Source of the DNA: a virus | Strand: one strand, 5' to 3' | DNA: 64,000 bases | Virus record (IMG/VR): IMGVR_UViG_3300035698_024877 | Span: 1 to 64,000 of that record | Part shown: piece by piece, positions 1 through 10,533 of the stretch | How the letters are laid out: each line of letters begins with the position of its first letter | Position numbering within the stretch: position 1 is the stretch's first letter | The notes under the pieces: generated by a model | Told to the model about the DNA's origin: nothing | Databases searched by the model: none | What the model saw: only the letters and a program-made list of their open reading frames with translations | Position numbers and translations under genes: made by a program

Positions 1-2
1 AT

Positions 3-674
3 GTGTTTCTTGAATGTGATTTTTCTGGTGCAGAAGTACGAACAATGGCTTGGTATTCACAAGACAAAACCTTGATAAAATATCTTAATGAAAAATATGA
101 TATGCATAAGGATTTTGCGGCAAAACTCTATAAGATACCTATTGATAAAGTAACGAAGAAGCAAAGGGATGATGCTAAAGGTAGTTTTGTATTTCCTGAA
201 TTTTATGGTTCTTATTATGGAACGATAGCTGAAAATTTAGAATTAAATGCTAATCATGTTAAAAAGATAGAAGACTATTTATGGGAAACTTTTCCTGGTA
301 TAAAGAAGTGGCAGGAAGATCAGATAGAGTTTTATAGGAAACATTCTTATATAGAAACTCCTTTGGGCTTCAGAAGACATGCCCCACTTTCTATAAATGA
401 AATTATCAATTTTCCTGTTCAATCTTTGGCTTTCCATGCCCTTTTAGTTGGTATTACCAATGCCTATAAGGAATTAAAAATAAGAAATTTATCTAGTAAT
501 ATATCAACACAGGTACATGACAGCGTTTTGATTGATACAGTTGAAGAAGAAATGGAAGAAATAATAGATATTTTTGATAAATATTTAACAAGAAAATGGT
601 GGGATTTTCAAACTGTGCCTATGGAATTGTCGTGGTCTATTGGAATAAACCTATATGAAATGGAGGATTTGTAA
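3..674 (+). CDS. polA: DNA polymerase family A, C-terminal part (5' end outside window)
   Basis: Motif A DFSGAEVR, motif B QRDDAKGSFVFPEFYG, NFPVQS, motif C QVHDS. Confidence 0.95.
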   Translation: MFLECDFSGAEVRTMAWYSQDKTLIKYLNEKYDMHKDFAAKLYKIPIDKVTKKQRDDAKGSFVFPEFYGSYYGTIAENLELNANHVKKIEDYLWETFPGIKKWQEDQIEFYRKHSYIETPLGFRRHAPLSINEIINFPVQSLAFHALLVGITNAYKELKIRNLSSNISTQVHDSVLIDTVEEEMEEIIDIFDKYLTRKWWDFQTVPMELSWSIGINLYEMEDL

Positions 675-1467
675 TATAGGAGGTTCAAAAGGATTCAAAC
701 ATTCAGAAGAAACCAAAAAGAAAATAAGTGAAGCCTTAAAAGGTAAACTTAAAGGTAAAAGATCTGGGAAAAATAATCCTATGTATGGAAGACACCATAC
801 TGATGAGACTAAAGAGAAAATGAGATTAAAAAGTTTTGGATTTAAGCATTCTGAAGAGTCAAAAAGAAAGATGAGTGAAAGGCAAAAGGGAGAAAAAGCT
901 TATTGGTATGGTAAGAAACATACTGAGGAACAGAAACAAAAAATAAGTGAGTCTACTAAAGGTGAAAAGGCTTATTGGTATGGTAAAAAGCATTCTAAAG
1001 AAACTAATGATAAAATAGGTAAAGCAAATAGCGGAGAAAATAATTATTGGTATGGAAAATCTCTTCCTGAAGAAATGAGAAGAAAGATTAGTGATAGTCA
1101 AAAAGGAGAGAAAAGTTATTGGTATGGAAAAATTGGAAAAGCCAACCCAAATTGGAAAGATAGTAAAACAGATAGGGAAAGGTTGTTGGGCAGATTGTTT
1201 CATAATTATTCTTTATGGAGAAAAGCTGTTTTTGAAAGAGATGATTACACCTGTCAAAATTGTGGTAAAGCGGGGGTTAAATTGAATGCCCATCATATCT
1301 ATTCTTATTATATTTATAAGATTTTGAGAATAGCATTATCTAATGGTATTGCTTTATGCGAAGATTGTCATTATTCTTTTCATGAGAAATATGGAAAACT
1401 AAAAAATAATAGAAAACAATTAGATGAATTTTTGGTGGATAGAAGTTTTTTGGGGAAACATAAATAA
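655..1467 (+). mobile_element. Free-standing HNH homing endonuclease with multiple NUMOD3 repeats
   Basis: Repeated KHSEE(T/S)K..(I/M)S and GEK.YWYGK units; C-terminal RDDYTCQNC...LNAHH...NGIALCEDCH HNH domain. Confidence 0.9.
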
Positions 1468-1487
1468 AATAATTTCTAATACCTAAT

Positions 1488-1502
1488 TTTTAAAATATAA
1501 TA
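1488..1502 (+). promoter_or_regulatory. Phage promoter motif TTTTAAAATATAATA, copy 1 of 10
   Basis: Identical 15-mer containing TATAAT at 1488, 2299, 19903, 23825, 35817, 42725, 47737, 54255, 57767, 61401; all intergenic. Confidence 0.8.
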
Positions 1503-1527
1503 AAATATAGGAAAGGATAAAATACAT

Positions 1528-1602
1528 TGGGATTGGCAGGTTGTTAAAATGACTCTTGGTTGGGAAATTGGTGAAAATCTTTTAGATATGCAAGAAATAT
1601 AA
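1528..1602 (+). pseudogene. Orphaned second copy of the polA 3' end
   Basis: Translates WDWQVVKMTLGWEIGENLLDMQEI*, colinear with the polA C-terminus WDFQTVPMELSWSIGINLYEMEDL* (12/24 identical, same stop position). Confidence 0.85.
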
Positions 1603-1632
1603 AATGAATACTGATAAATTATTTATAAAACC

Positions 1633-2283
1633 TTGGGAATGAATAAAATGATACCTTTCCCTGATAAAAAATATGACATTATTTATGCTGACCCGCCGTG
1701 GCACTATAAAAACTATGCTGATAATACAGCGAGTAGGTGGGTTGGCAATAAGTATCCAGTAATGTCAAAAGAAGATATTTGCAATTTGCCAGTTGCTGAG
1801 ATTGCAAGTGATAACTGCATATTGTTTTTGTGGGTAACTCCCCCGTGCTTAATAGAGGGAATAGAGACTTTAAAAGCGTGGGGCTTTGAATATAAAACAA
1901 AGGGATTTTGTTGGGTAAAGAAAAACAAGATAGCTGACAGTTTTTTTTGGGGAATGGGTTACTGGACACGTAGTAATACCGAGGATTGTTTAATCGGGGT
2001 TAAGGGCGAGGATTGTGAGGATTGTTTAATCGGGGTTAAGGGGCGCCCCAAAAGAATAAGTGCTGGCATACATCAAGTTATATATGAAAGTCGTGGTGAG
2101 CATAGCAAAAAACCAGACAGTGTTAGAGATAAAATTGTTGAGCTTGTCGGAGATTTACCACGCATAGAATTATTTGCAAGACAAAAAACCGAAGGCTGGG
2201 ATGTTTGGGGAAATGAAATTGATGGGGTAGATTGTGATGGTGGAGTTGTTAAAAAAGAAAAAATAAAAACAGGGTTCTTTTAG
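1633..2283 (+). CDS. MT-A70 family adenine methyltransferase
   Basis: YDIIYADPPW, LFLWVT, WGFEYKT, HSKKP, RIELFAR..GWDVWGNE; likely start at ATG 1639 or 1648. Confidence 0.93.
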   Translation: MGMNKMIPFPDKKYDIIYADPPWHYKNYADNTASRWVGNKYPVMSKEDICNLPVAEIASDNCILFLWVTPPCLIEGIETLKAWGFEYKTKGFCWVKKNKIADSFFWGMGYWTRSNTEDCLIGVKGEDCEDCLIGVKGRPKRISAGIHQVIYESRGEHSKKPDSVRDKIVELVGDLPRIELFARQKTEGWDVWGNEIDGVDCDGGVVKKEKIKTGFF

Positions 2284-2298
2284 TTTTTGTAACCAATT

Positions 2299-2313
2299 TT
2301 TTAAAATATAATA
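2299..2313 (+). promoter_or_regulatory. Phage promoter motif upstream of the dnaX-like gene
   Basis: TTTTAAAATATAATA followed by AAGGA RBS and ATG 2348. Confidence 0.8.
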
Positions 2314-2347
2314 GTAGTATAGATAATATTTTTAAAGGACAAACAAA

Positions 2348-3295
2348 ATGACTCTTTACCGAGAAGTAAGACCCAAAACTCTTGCTGAAGTTGTTGGGAA
2401 TGATGAAATTAAATCAGCGTTAAAAGGTATAATCAAATCTGAGTCTAAAGATAGACCACATGCGTTTATTTTTCATGGTCCTACTGGGTCTGGAAAGACG
2501 ACTTTTGCACGTATCCTTGCTAATGAGTTTGGGTGCACTCAAGAGGATATTGAAGAATACGATGCTGCTGATACAAGGGGCATTGATACAATTCGCAAGA
2601 TTAAAGAAAATTCTTCTTTTGCACCTTTTGGTGGTAAAGCAAGAGTTGCAATTTTGGATGAGTCTCATCAATTAACCCCTGTTGCTATGGAGGGGCTTTT
2701 AAAGCTTCTTGAAGACCCCCCAGAACATTTTTATATAATTCTTTGTACTACTAATCTTTCAAAAATAATTGACACAATTAAAAAGGGACGAACAACCATA
2801 TTTCAAGTTGAGCGATTACGTCCAAATGAACTTACTAATTTATTGAATTCTATTATAGCTTTAAAAGAATGGGAAGTTGATAAAGAAGTTTTAGATTGTA
2901 TAATAGAGGAAGCAGAAGGGGTACCAAGACAAGCACTAACTTTACTTGAAAAAGTTGTATATTTAACTAAAGAAGAAGCATTAACCCTTATTGAAAAGTC
3001 AAGTGAAAGCTCAAAAGAGATAATTGATTTATGTAGGGAAATTATTAAAACACCAAAGAATAAACAAAAGAAATGGATTAAAGTAAGAGAACTTTATAAA
3101 AGGATAGAAGCAGACCCAGAACAAATTAGAAGGGGGTTATTGGGCTATTTGGGAAAGGTTCTTTTGAATGAAAATAATGAATATGAACAGTTACGGCTTT
3201 TTGAGATGGTGATGGTATTTGAACCAGCATTATTTTATTCTGGAAAAGCTGGCTTAGTAAAAATGTTATATCAGGCAATAATAATTAATGAGTAA
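2348..3295 (+). CDS. Clamp-loader AAA+ ATPase, DNA Pol III gamma/tau (DnaX)-like
   Basis: LYREVRPKTLAEVVG, Walker A GPTGSGKT, Walker B ILDESH, LLKLLEDPP, GVPRQAL. Confidence 0.92.
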   Translation: MTLYREVRPKTLAEVVGNDEIKSALKGIIKSESKDRPHAFIFHGPTGSGKTTFARILANEFGCTQEDIEEYDAADTRGIDTIRKIKENSSFAPFGGKARVAILDESHQLTPVAMEGLLKLLEDPPEHFYIILCTTNLSKIIDTIKKGRTTIFQVERLRPNELTNLLNSIIALKEWEVDKEVLDCIIEEAEGVPRQALTLLEKVVYLTKEEALTLIEKSSESSKEIIDLCREIIKTPKNKQKKWIKVRELYKRIEADPEQIRRGLLGYLGKVLLNENNEYEQLRLFEMVMVFEPALFYSGKAGLVKMLYQAIIINE

Positions 3296-3354
3296 TATAG
3301 AGCACACAGCCAATTTAGGCAAAGAGCTCAAAAATAGAAAAGGAGAACAAGAAA

Positions 3355-4404
3355 ATGGTGAAACGTGGTTATGATCGAGAAGCTGCTAAAAGGGAAATGG
3401 AGCAGGAAGTTAAGAACAAAGAATCAGGAGGTAAAATATTCTATGTGAATAAGGATGTTCTTGAAGATTGTGGTATTGATACCTATGATATACAACCGAA
3501 AAATTATATTAGATTTGTCCCACAAGAAGGCACAGGGAAGTTTTGGTATAAGATCCCATTTCATTGGGTTAGTGGTGTGGGATATTATTTGTGTCCAAAG
3601 CCACATAGGAATATTGAATGGAAAGGGATTGGTACTGGTGAGTGTCCTTTATGTGAGGAACATGAGGAACTTAGAAAGAAAAGGAATGAAGAAGAGGATT
3701 ATGATAATGAAAAACTTAAGAAGTATATGTCTTCACTTAGATATACTATTAGGGTTCTTTTCTTTGGTAGAAATGTTGATGATAAGCAAAGTATAAAAGA
3801 GGGTACGAAGTTGTTTATTCTACCTAAATCTGTTCATGATGGGATGGTAGATATTAGTAGTGATGACCGTACAGGAAAACCTATCCTTTTTGCTGACCCA
3901 GATGAGGGGTATACTTTCTTCTTTAAGAAAACGGGTGAAGGATTAAAGACTGAATATGTGGGTTTTAAATCTGTAGATGAGTATGCAACAATACCAGATG
4001 AGTGGATAGAAGATATTCCAGCTTTCGAAGAAATCTTATTACTTAGAAAACCCGAAGAAATTAAGGCTATATTAGAAGGGAATGGGATTATAACTATTGA
4101 GGATGAAGAAGAACCACCTCGTAGAGGTAGGGAACGATATGAAGAAGATGAAGAAGAACCACCTCGTAGAGGTAGGGAACGATATGAAGAAGAAGATGAT
4201 ATTGATGATGAAAAAATAATAAAGCAAAAAGAGAAAGAAGAAGAAGATGATGATGATGATATTGATGATGAAAAAATAATAAAGCAAAAAGAGAAAGAAG
4301 AAGAAGATACGGATGATAGAGAAACCCCTGTTCGCAGTAGAGAGAGGAAAGTAGATGATATTAGGAAAAAGCTTGCGGATAAGAAAAATTCTGGAGGAAG
4401 ATAG
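3355..4404 (+). CDS. ssDNA-binding protein, T4 gp32-like, with repetitive acidic tail
   Basis: YIRFVP...FHW...YLCP...GECPLCE zinc site, DPDEG, KTGEGLKTEY, very acidic C-terminus; upstream of UvsY-like and RecA genes. Confidence 0.75.
   Translation: MVKRGYDREAAKREMEQEVKNKESGGKIFYVNKDVLEDCGIDTYDIQPKNYIRFVPQEGTGKFWYKIPFHWVSGVGYYLCPKPHRNIEWKGIGTGECPLCEEHEELRKKRNEEEDYDNEKLKKYMSSLRYTIRVLFFGRNVDDKQSIKEGTKLFILPKSVHDGMVDISSDDRTGKPILFADPDEGYTFFFKKTGEGLKTEYVGFKSVDEYATIPDEWIEDIPAFEEILLLRKPEEIKAILEGNGIITIEDEEEPPRRGRERYEEDEEEPPRRGRERYEEEDDIDDEKIIKQKEKEEEDDDDDIDDEKIIKQKEKEEEDTDDRETPVRSRERKVDDIRKKLADKKNSGGR
4102..4308 (+). repeat. In-frame tandem duplications in the SSB tail
   Basis: DEEEPPRRGRERYEE twice (45-nt period), then DDIDDEKIIKQKEKEEED twice (60-nt period). 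Confidence 0.9.
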
Positions 4405-4406
4405 TA

Positions 4407-4904
4407 ATGAACTTTAAAGATCTCAAATATTTTAAAGGTGAGTTAGACATTGATATTGATTTGTTGCATAAGTGTTGTGCCAATCAAGCAATGCTATACC
4501 AGGAAATTGGGGAGATTGTTGCTACTCTTAGATTTAAGTTTAAATCTGCAAAGTTGAATTTTGAAGGGAAACAAGCAACTCTTGATCTTAATATTAGATT
4601 TAAACCGGAAGATTATAATATTACAAAAATAACAGAAAACACAATAAAATCTGTTATTGATACTGATGCCGAGATAAAAGGAGAAAAAACACACCTTTTG
4701 GTTCTTGAAAAAGAGCTTGAACTCTGGACTAATCTTCTCACCGCTTATGACCAGAGAAGGTCTATGTTGAAGGCAGAGGTTGCATTGTATCAAGCTAATT
4801 ATTGGGGTGATGTTTCTGCTAATGAGGATAAAAAGTTGAGTAGGAAGCACAACGAAAAAGTTATTGAAGAAGAAATGGGAGCAAAAAAACATGGAAAGAA
4901 GTAA
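4407..4904 (+). CDS. UvsY-like recombination mediator
   Basis: Helical 165 aa protein with KITENTIKSVI and AYDQRRSML; between SSB and RecA. Confidence 0.6.
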   Translation: MNFKDLKYFKGELDIDIDLLHKCCANQAMLYQEIGEIVATLRFKFKSAKLNFEGKQATLDLNIRFKPEDYNITKITENTIKSVIDTDAEIKGEKTHLLVLEKELELWTNLLTAYDQRRSMLKAEVALYQANYWGDVSANEDKKLSRKHNEKVIEEEMGAKKHGKK

Positions 4905-4992
4905 TGCTATAAATAACATTAGTAGGAAGGACTTTACTATTTCGAGGATGTGCCAAGAATATCAAGATTCTACATTTGGTGGGGATTAGATT

Positions 4993-6048
4993 ATGGCAAA
5001 AGCAAAGAAGAATGAGAAGGTAGATTTAATTGATATGCAGAGGATATCTGTTGATAAGGAACCAGTTAAGTATTGGTTAGATACGGGCTGTACTTTGCTT
5101 AATATTGCTATTTCTGGGAGAATTGATGGGGGTTTTCCAGCAGGAAAAATTTCTCATATAGTTGGGTTAGAATCTTCTGGAAAATCTGTTTTTGCTCAAG
5201 CTGTTATTGCTTCAGCACAACAGCAAGGCGGGATTGGGATGTTTGTTGATAGTGAAGGCACCCTTGACTTTATTAGAGCAGAAGAGCTTTTTAAAGTAGA
5301 AACAGACCAAGAAAAAGGGAACTTCATCTATGTTGCTCCAGAGGTTTTAACTGTAGAATCTATGTATGACAGCTATATTGATGCTATGATTAATAGGGAT
5401 AGATCTGTTTTTAAGGGTCCAAGTGTTGTGTCAGTTGATAGTTATACAGGGATTCCATCTAAAGTAGAAACAGAAACTAATCTAGATGAAGGGACTTATG
5501 GTACAAGTAGAGCAAAACAATCAGGAGCAGGAATGAGAAAAATTTTAGCTCCTCTTCATCATTCAGATTTGTCTCTTGTATTTGTTGATCAGTATAGAAT
5601 GAATGTCGGGGGGTATGGAGCAACTTATACTGTTAGTGGTGGAAAAGCTTTAGATTTTTATGCTTCTATTCAGGTTGAATTAAAAAAGAAATCCACTATT
5701 AAAAACAAACATGATAGAGCTATTGGTGCTGTATTTGGTTTTAAACTTAAGAAGAACAAAGTTGGTATTCCTTACACAGAAGGCAATTTCTATCTTTACT
5801 TCAATTATGGTATTGATAATACAGAAACTAATATTCAATTTCTTCTTGATAATCAAGTTGGAGAGGCACCCTTTGTTAAAAAAGCAGGAACTTGGATTTA
5901 TGTTGAGGAAGAAAAAGCCCAAGGTGTGGATAAAGTTTGTAGTATAGTAGAAGAAAAAGGATTACAAGAGCGAGTAGAACAAGAAGTTTTAAAGGTTTGG
6001 GGGACTATTCATGAAGATGTTAGACACAATAGAATTTCTATAGTTTAA
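4993..6048 (+). CDS. recA: RecA/UvsX recombinase
   Basis: TGCTLLNIAISG..GGFPAG, GLESSGKS, VDSEG, VDS, GGKALDFYAS, KKNKV. Confidence 0.95.
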   Translation: MAKAKKNEKVDLIDMQRISVDKEPVKYWLDTGCTLLNIAISGRIDGGFPAGKISHIVGLESSGKSVFAQAVIASAQQQGGIGMFVDSEGTLDFIRAEELFKVETDQEKGNFIYVAPEVLTVESMYDSYIDAMINRDRSVFKGPSVVSVDSYTGIPSKVETETNLDEGTYGTSRAKQSGAGMRKILAPLHHSDLSLVFVDQYRMNVGGYGATYTVSGGKALDFYASIQVELKKKSTIKNKHDRAIGAVFGFKLKKNKVGIPYTEGNFYLYFNYGIDNTETNIQFLLDNQVGEAPFVKKAGTWIYVEEEKAQGVDKVCSIVEEKGLQERVEQEVLKVWGTIHEDVRHNRISIV

Positions 6049-6627
6049 GATAAGATAGGAGATAATGAAAATGAATAAACATTATTTTTTTGACAGGTAT
6101 TCAGACGATTTTCAGAATGGAAGAAGAGATGCAGAGAATGGTAGGCGAGATTATACTAGGGATAAATATGTAGATAGAAACAATGATTACTTTGCTGGAC
6201 GAGAAGACTATGAGGAAGAGTGTTGGGAGAGAAAAAGGCTTAAAGAAGAAAGGCTTGAAGAAGAGTATCAATTAGAACAGCTACACGAGCAAGAAGAATA
6301 TGAACGTTATCTAGAAGAACAAGACTTACAAGAGGAGTAGACAAAAATGAAAAAGACTGAAAAAGTAGTATTAGTACATTGTGATCACCCTAATTGTGAT
6401 GTGGTAACTGGTAAATATGGAGCTATTGGAGGCCATGTATGTGCTGTATGTAGGAAGGAGTTTTGTGCTTTTCACGTATACACATATAAACAAGAGCCGG
6501 GGCAAGTAACTGTGTTACCTTACGCGTATGAGATGGTAGCTATGTGTGATCAATGTGTAACTGATGTTGGTTTTCAAGAAGGTAGTAAAAGCGAACTGGA
6601 AAAAAACAATGGTGGCTGGTAAAAAAG

Positions 6628-7563
6628 ATGAATGAAGCTTCTATCATAAGGGTTCTAGAGTACTTTGGTATTGACTATCGGACTTATGGAAAGAACATAT
6701 CTATAGATGTTGTTGGTGTTTGTTGCCCTTATTGTGAAGATAGTGGCTTTCATCTTGGTATTTTTAAAGAATCTGGTATTTTTAGTTGTTGGAAATGCAC
6801 AACTAAGGGGGATTTCTTTAAGCTTCTTTACACTATTAATCATAGTTCAAAAGATGAGGTAGAGCAAATTCTTCTCCTTGGGGGGCTGGAGAGGTCTATA
6901 GAGAAGAATGGTAGAAAACAAAAACAAAAGATTGTCAGACCAAAACTCCCCGATGATCTTATCCCTTTGAATAAGGATTTCTTTGTAGAATGTCAATACT
7001 CTTTAATTAAACAACTCATAAAAAGGTTTTTAAGTAGACGTAACTACACTATTGAGGATTGTTTTTTTTGGTTATCATCAGTTTGTATGGAAGAGCCATA
7101 TAATAATAGATTGATTTTACCTATTTTTAATACCAAAAAGTTTGTTTCTTTTCAAGCATACGATTTGACAGGAACTAATAGTATGAAGTATAAAAACTTT
7201 CCGGGTTTTAGTATTAAAGATTATTTTTATGGTATCGACCAACTAAAGAATATGAAGCGTATCATTCTTGTTGAGGGTGTTTTTGATGTGTGGCGATTAA
7301 GAGGAGAAGCTATAGGAACATTTGGGGTTAATTTATCTAAAATTCAAAAAGCCCGGATTGTAGAATTACTATCTTACTGTGGGTATAGTGAATTGGTAAT
7401 GGCATTTGATAATGATGCTTATGATTTGGCTTCTAATATAGGAAGGTATTTTTCACCGTTTACTAAAGTAAAAGTTCTTCGTTTCCCTAAAGGGGAAGAT
7501 CCTGATAGTTTTGGGGTAGATAGGACATTACAACTTATTGAAGATACGAGGTGTAGTAATTAG
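6628..7563 (+). CDS. DNA primase (zinc finger plus TOPRIM)
   Basis: CPYC...H...CWKC zinc finger; LVEGVFD, FDND, GEDP TOPRIM motifs. Confidence 0.88.
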   Translation: MNEASIIRVLEYFGIDYRTYGKNISIDVVGVCCPYCEDSGFHLGIFKESGIFSCWKCTTKGDFFKLLYTINHSSKDEVEQILLLGGLERSIEKNGRKQKQKIVRPKLPDDLIPLNKDFFVECQYSLIKQLIKRFLSRRNYTIEDCFFWLSSVCMEEPYNNRLILPIFNTKKFVSFQAYDLTGTNSMKYKNFPGFSIKDYFYGIDQLKNMKRIILVEGVFDVWRLRGEAIGTFGVNLSKIQKARIVELLSYCGYSELVMAFDNDAYDLASNIGRYFSPFTKVKVLRFPKGEDPDSFGVDRTLQLIEDTRCSN

Positions 7564-8873
7564 GGATAATGATGGTGATAAAAAAGAATCGTTTATTATA
7601 AAGGAGACTTAGCAATGAAAGTTTTTCATGAAATGTGGCATAAAACGCAAAATTTGTGGTATAATTGCGTTAATTCAGTTAAATATGAATCAGAAGATGG
7701 TGGTGGTGTTTGGACTGCTAGAAGGAGGAACGTTAAGAAAACTATTTCTTATTTTATTTTTTGGTGTTGGAAATGGATAAAGATAGGCTATGCTTATTTT
7801 ATAGATTTGGTAAAAGAAATCTATAAAAGAGTACATGAATCTAATGCTGAAACTTGCAAAAGAATCGGGCACTTTCCTTATAATCATTATAGGATTATAG
7901 ATAGGGAAGTAGAGAAGTTAAAGAAAGGGCAAAAAGAATATGATAAAATTGTAGTAGAAAGGGTAGTGCAGGTTTGTAAAGAATGTATTAGGTGTTATGC
8001 TAAGTTAGATAACTGGAAGACCGTTAAGAATTTGGATTATGAAGGATACTCCTTTGTTTTTGAATCTTATAGAGAAACTTTAAAAGAATATGGTTTTGTT
8101 ATAATTAAAGATTGGTTTGAGAGAATAAAATAGCTATGAAAAAATCCTATGAGAAATTACAAAGAGAAAATTGGATTGAGGATACAGCTTATAAATTGAC
8201 TGCTTGTTGTGCCAGTTGTTATTTTTCTAATATTTCTTTTGTTGGGAAATCGCTTGATCAATTATTTATTAGGATATGCAGGCGTGAAGTTAATTGGTTT
8301 GGTAATTGGGTTGTAAAAGATTGTGGGCTTTGTAGTTATTTTGAGGCTTCTGAGTTTCTTGAAGAAACAGTTTTTGAGGAGGATAAAACAAATAAATGAA
8401 ACATTTAATAATCTTTATAGTTTTTGTAGCTGGGTGTATAGTATTACCAGTAATATTTACAGGTGAATTTGATTGGTTTGCTACTACTTGTATGTTATGG
8501 GTAACTTCCTTTTTTCTGTTTAGGGGTGCTTGATAGTATGAACATAAAAGAAATAAAAAAACAGAAAAGAAAGAAGCACCATATACCTAAAATAAGAACA
8601 GTAGACAAGTATATGATGGCTACAAAAGCAACTCACGTATTAGGTGATATTAGTAGTGATCAACCAGATATATGCCGTATTCATGGGGAGAGAGAAGATT
8701 ATTGGTTGGGTGAGTGGGTAACTGGTTATGGTTTTATGTGTGTAAAATTTCCAAAAGAAACAACAAGAGAATTGACAGAAGAAGAAACTATACATTATAA
8801 TTCTATTTCTTTTGCTCACTCGAATGGTATAGTTCAAAAATTAAATATTGTAGTAGAAGGGGGGTAGTTTTAT

Positions 8874-10106
8874 ATGAAATATTATATCGATGATAAAAAC
8901 AATATAAGACAATATTCAGATAATATTGTTGATCTTTTTCAGTATTTACCAAATAAAAAACCAGAAGTTAATATAGATGCGCTAAGAGAGTATATTTTCT
9001 ATCAATTTTATTCTTCTTCTGAGACATTATTTAAAAATATTTATCGTCAACGCCCACCGTTATTAGAGAATTTTCAATTTAATTATGATGATGGTTTAAA
9101 AGAAGAAAAAGCAATTGAAATTTTAACTTTTCTTATAAAGAAAGCAGTTAAAGATTCTCTTTTTGGTAAAAGTGCTGATACGATAGGCTTTTCTCTTTCT
9201 GGAGGGATAGATTCTTCTTTAGTTACTGGAGTCGCCGCTTCATTTACTGGTTGTCCATTTGAGGCTTTTTCAGGTATATTTCTTTATGAAAATTATAATG
9301 AATGGGAATATATAAAAGAAGTAAAAAAGAAATATCCAAATATTGTTGTGCACCCTGTTATTATTACTGAAGATGATTTTGTAGAGAATATAAAAGATGT
9401 TATTAAGTGGCTTGAAGAACCATGTGGTGGTCCTGGCTCTTTCTCACAATTTATGGTATATGAAGAAGCTTGGGCATGTGGTAAAAGTACATTATTTACT
9501 GGAGAAGGTGGTGATGAGTTGTGGTTAGGCTATGATAGATATTTGGATTTGTCTCGTTATTTTGAATCTATTACACGTTGTAAATTTCCTCTTATTTATA
9601 ATAAAGATATTTTTGATATAGATTGCTATTCTCCACAAATATTTAATAGTATTGACGATGTAATGGTGGGAGAAATACAATATAATCTACCAACTTTATT
9701 AGCTATCGATGAAAAGCTGGCAAAAGCTTTTAATATTGAAACACATTCTCCTCTTTTGAGTCCTGACATTATAAATTTTGCTCAAGAGGTACCACAAAAA
9801 TTAAGATTTAAAAACAATGAATTAAAGTATTTATTAAAGAAAGCTGGGGAAGCCTATTTGCCAAAAAAGATTTTAGATAGAACAGACAAGCAAGGCTTCC
9901 CAACCCCTTTTGTTAAATTTTTACAAACAAAAAACTCTGTAGTGAGAGACTTTTTCTTTGATATTTTTTCTTCTCAGAAAACAAAAAATAGGGGGCTTTT
10001 CAATTGTGATGAGGTTTTGAAAGTTGTTGATTTAGAAACAGAATACGGAAGAACACTATGGGGCGCCCTATCTATAGAGTTGTGGTTTCGCTGCTTTATT
10101 GATTAA
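8874..10106 (+). CDS. Asparagine-synthase-like amide ligase lacking an intact N-terminal glutaminase domain
   Basis: SLSGGIDSS PP-loop, TGEGGDEL..GY, SPLL, KYLLKK, RTDKQGFPTP; no N-terminal Cys. Confidence 0.88.
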   Translation: MKYYIDDKNNIRQYSDNIVDLFQYLPNKKPEVNIDALREYIFYQFYSSSETLFKNIYRQRPPLLENFQFNYDDGLKEEKAIEILTFLIKKAVKDSLFGKSADTIGFSLSGGIDSSLVTGVAASFTGCPFEAFSGIFLYENYNEWEYIKEVKKKYPNIVVHPVIITEDDFVENIKDVIKWLEEPCGGPGSFSQFMVYEEAWACGKSTLFTGEGGDELWLGYDRYLDLSRYFESITRCKFPLIYNKDIFDIDCYSPQIFNSIDDVMVGEIQYNLPTLLAIDEKLAKAFNIETHSPLLSPDIINFAQEVPQKLRFKNNELKYLLKKAGEAYLPKKILDRTDKQGFPTPFVKFLQTKNSVVRDFFFDIFSSQKTKNRGLFNCDEVLKVVDLETEYGRTLWGALSIELWFRCFID

Positions 10107-10533
10107 AATAGCTTTTTTGTTTAAGGAGACACTATGATAATTTTAACAGTATCTGAAAAAGTATATAAGGCTGGTACTAATTGGAGGGTTGCTCAGAGAA
10201 GGGTAGATAAGTGTTTGATAGCTTCTCGTGATTTGGAAGATGTAGATATACCAATAGCTTTAATTGATAAAGAAAAGGAACCAGTATTTACAAAGGATTT
10301 TAAGTTACGCTTTTATTCTGTAAGGAGTAGTGGGTCAAAGAACGATCATGCTGTTATGGAGGTTTTAGGGGGTTGGTGCGAAGATGAAGATGAATTGCGG
10401 TATTGGTTTGAAGGTGCTTTAGTTGGTAAATACATATTAGAAACTTCATGGTCAGAACCCGATTGTGATGGAGAGACTTTTTTGGAGTTTGAAAGCTTAC
10501 ACTTATTAAAAGGAGAAAAATAAATGAGAGAGA

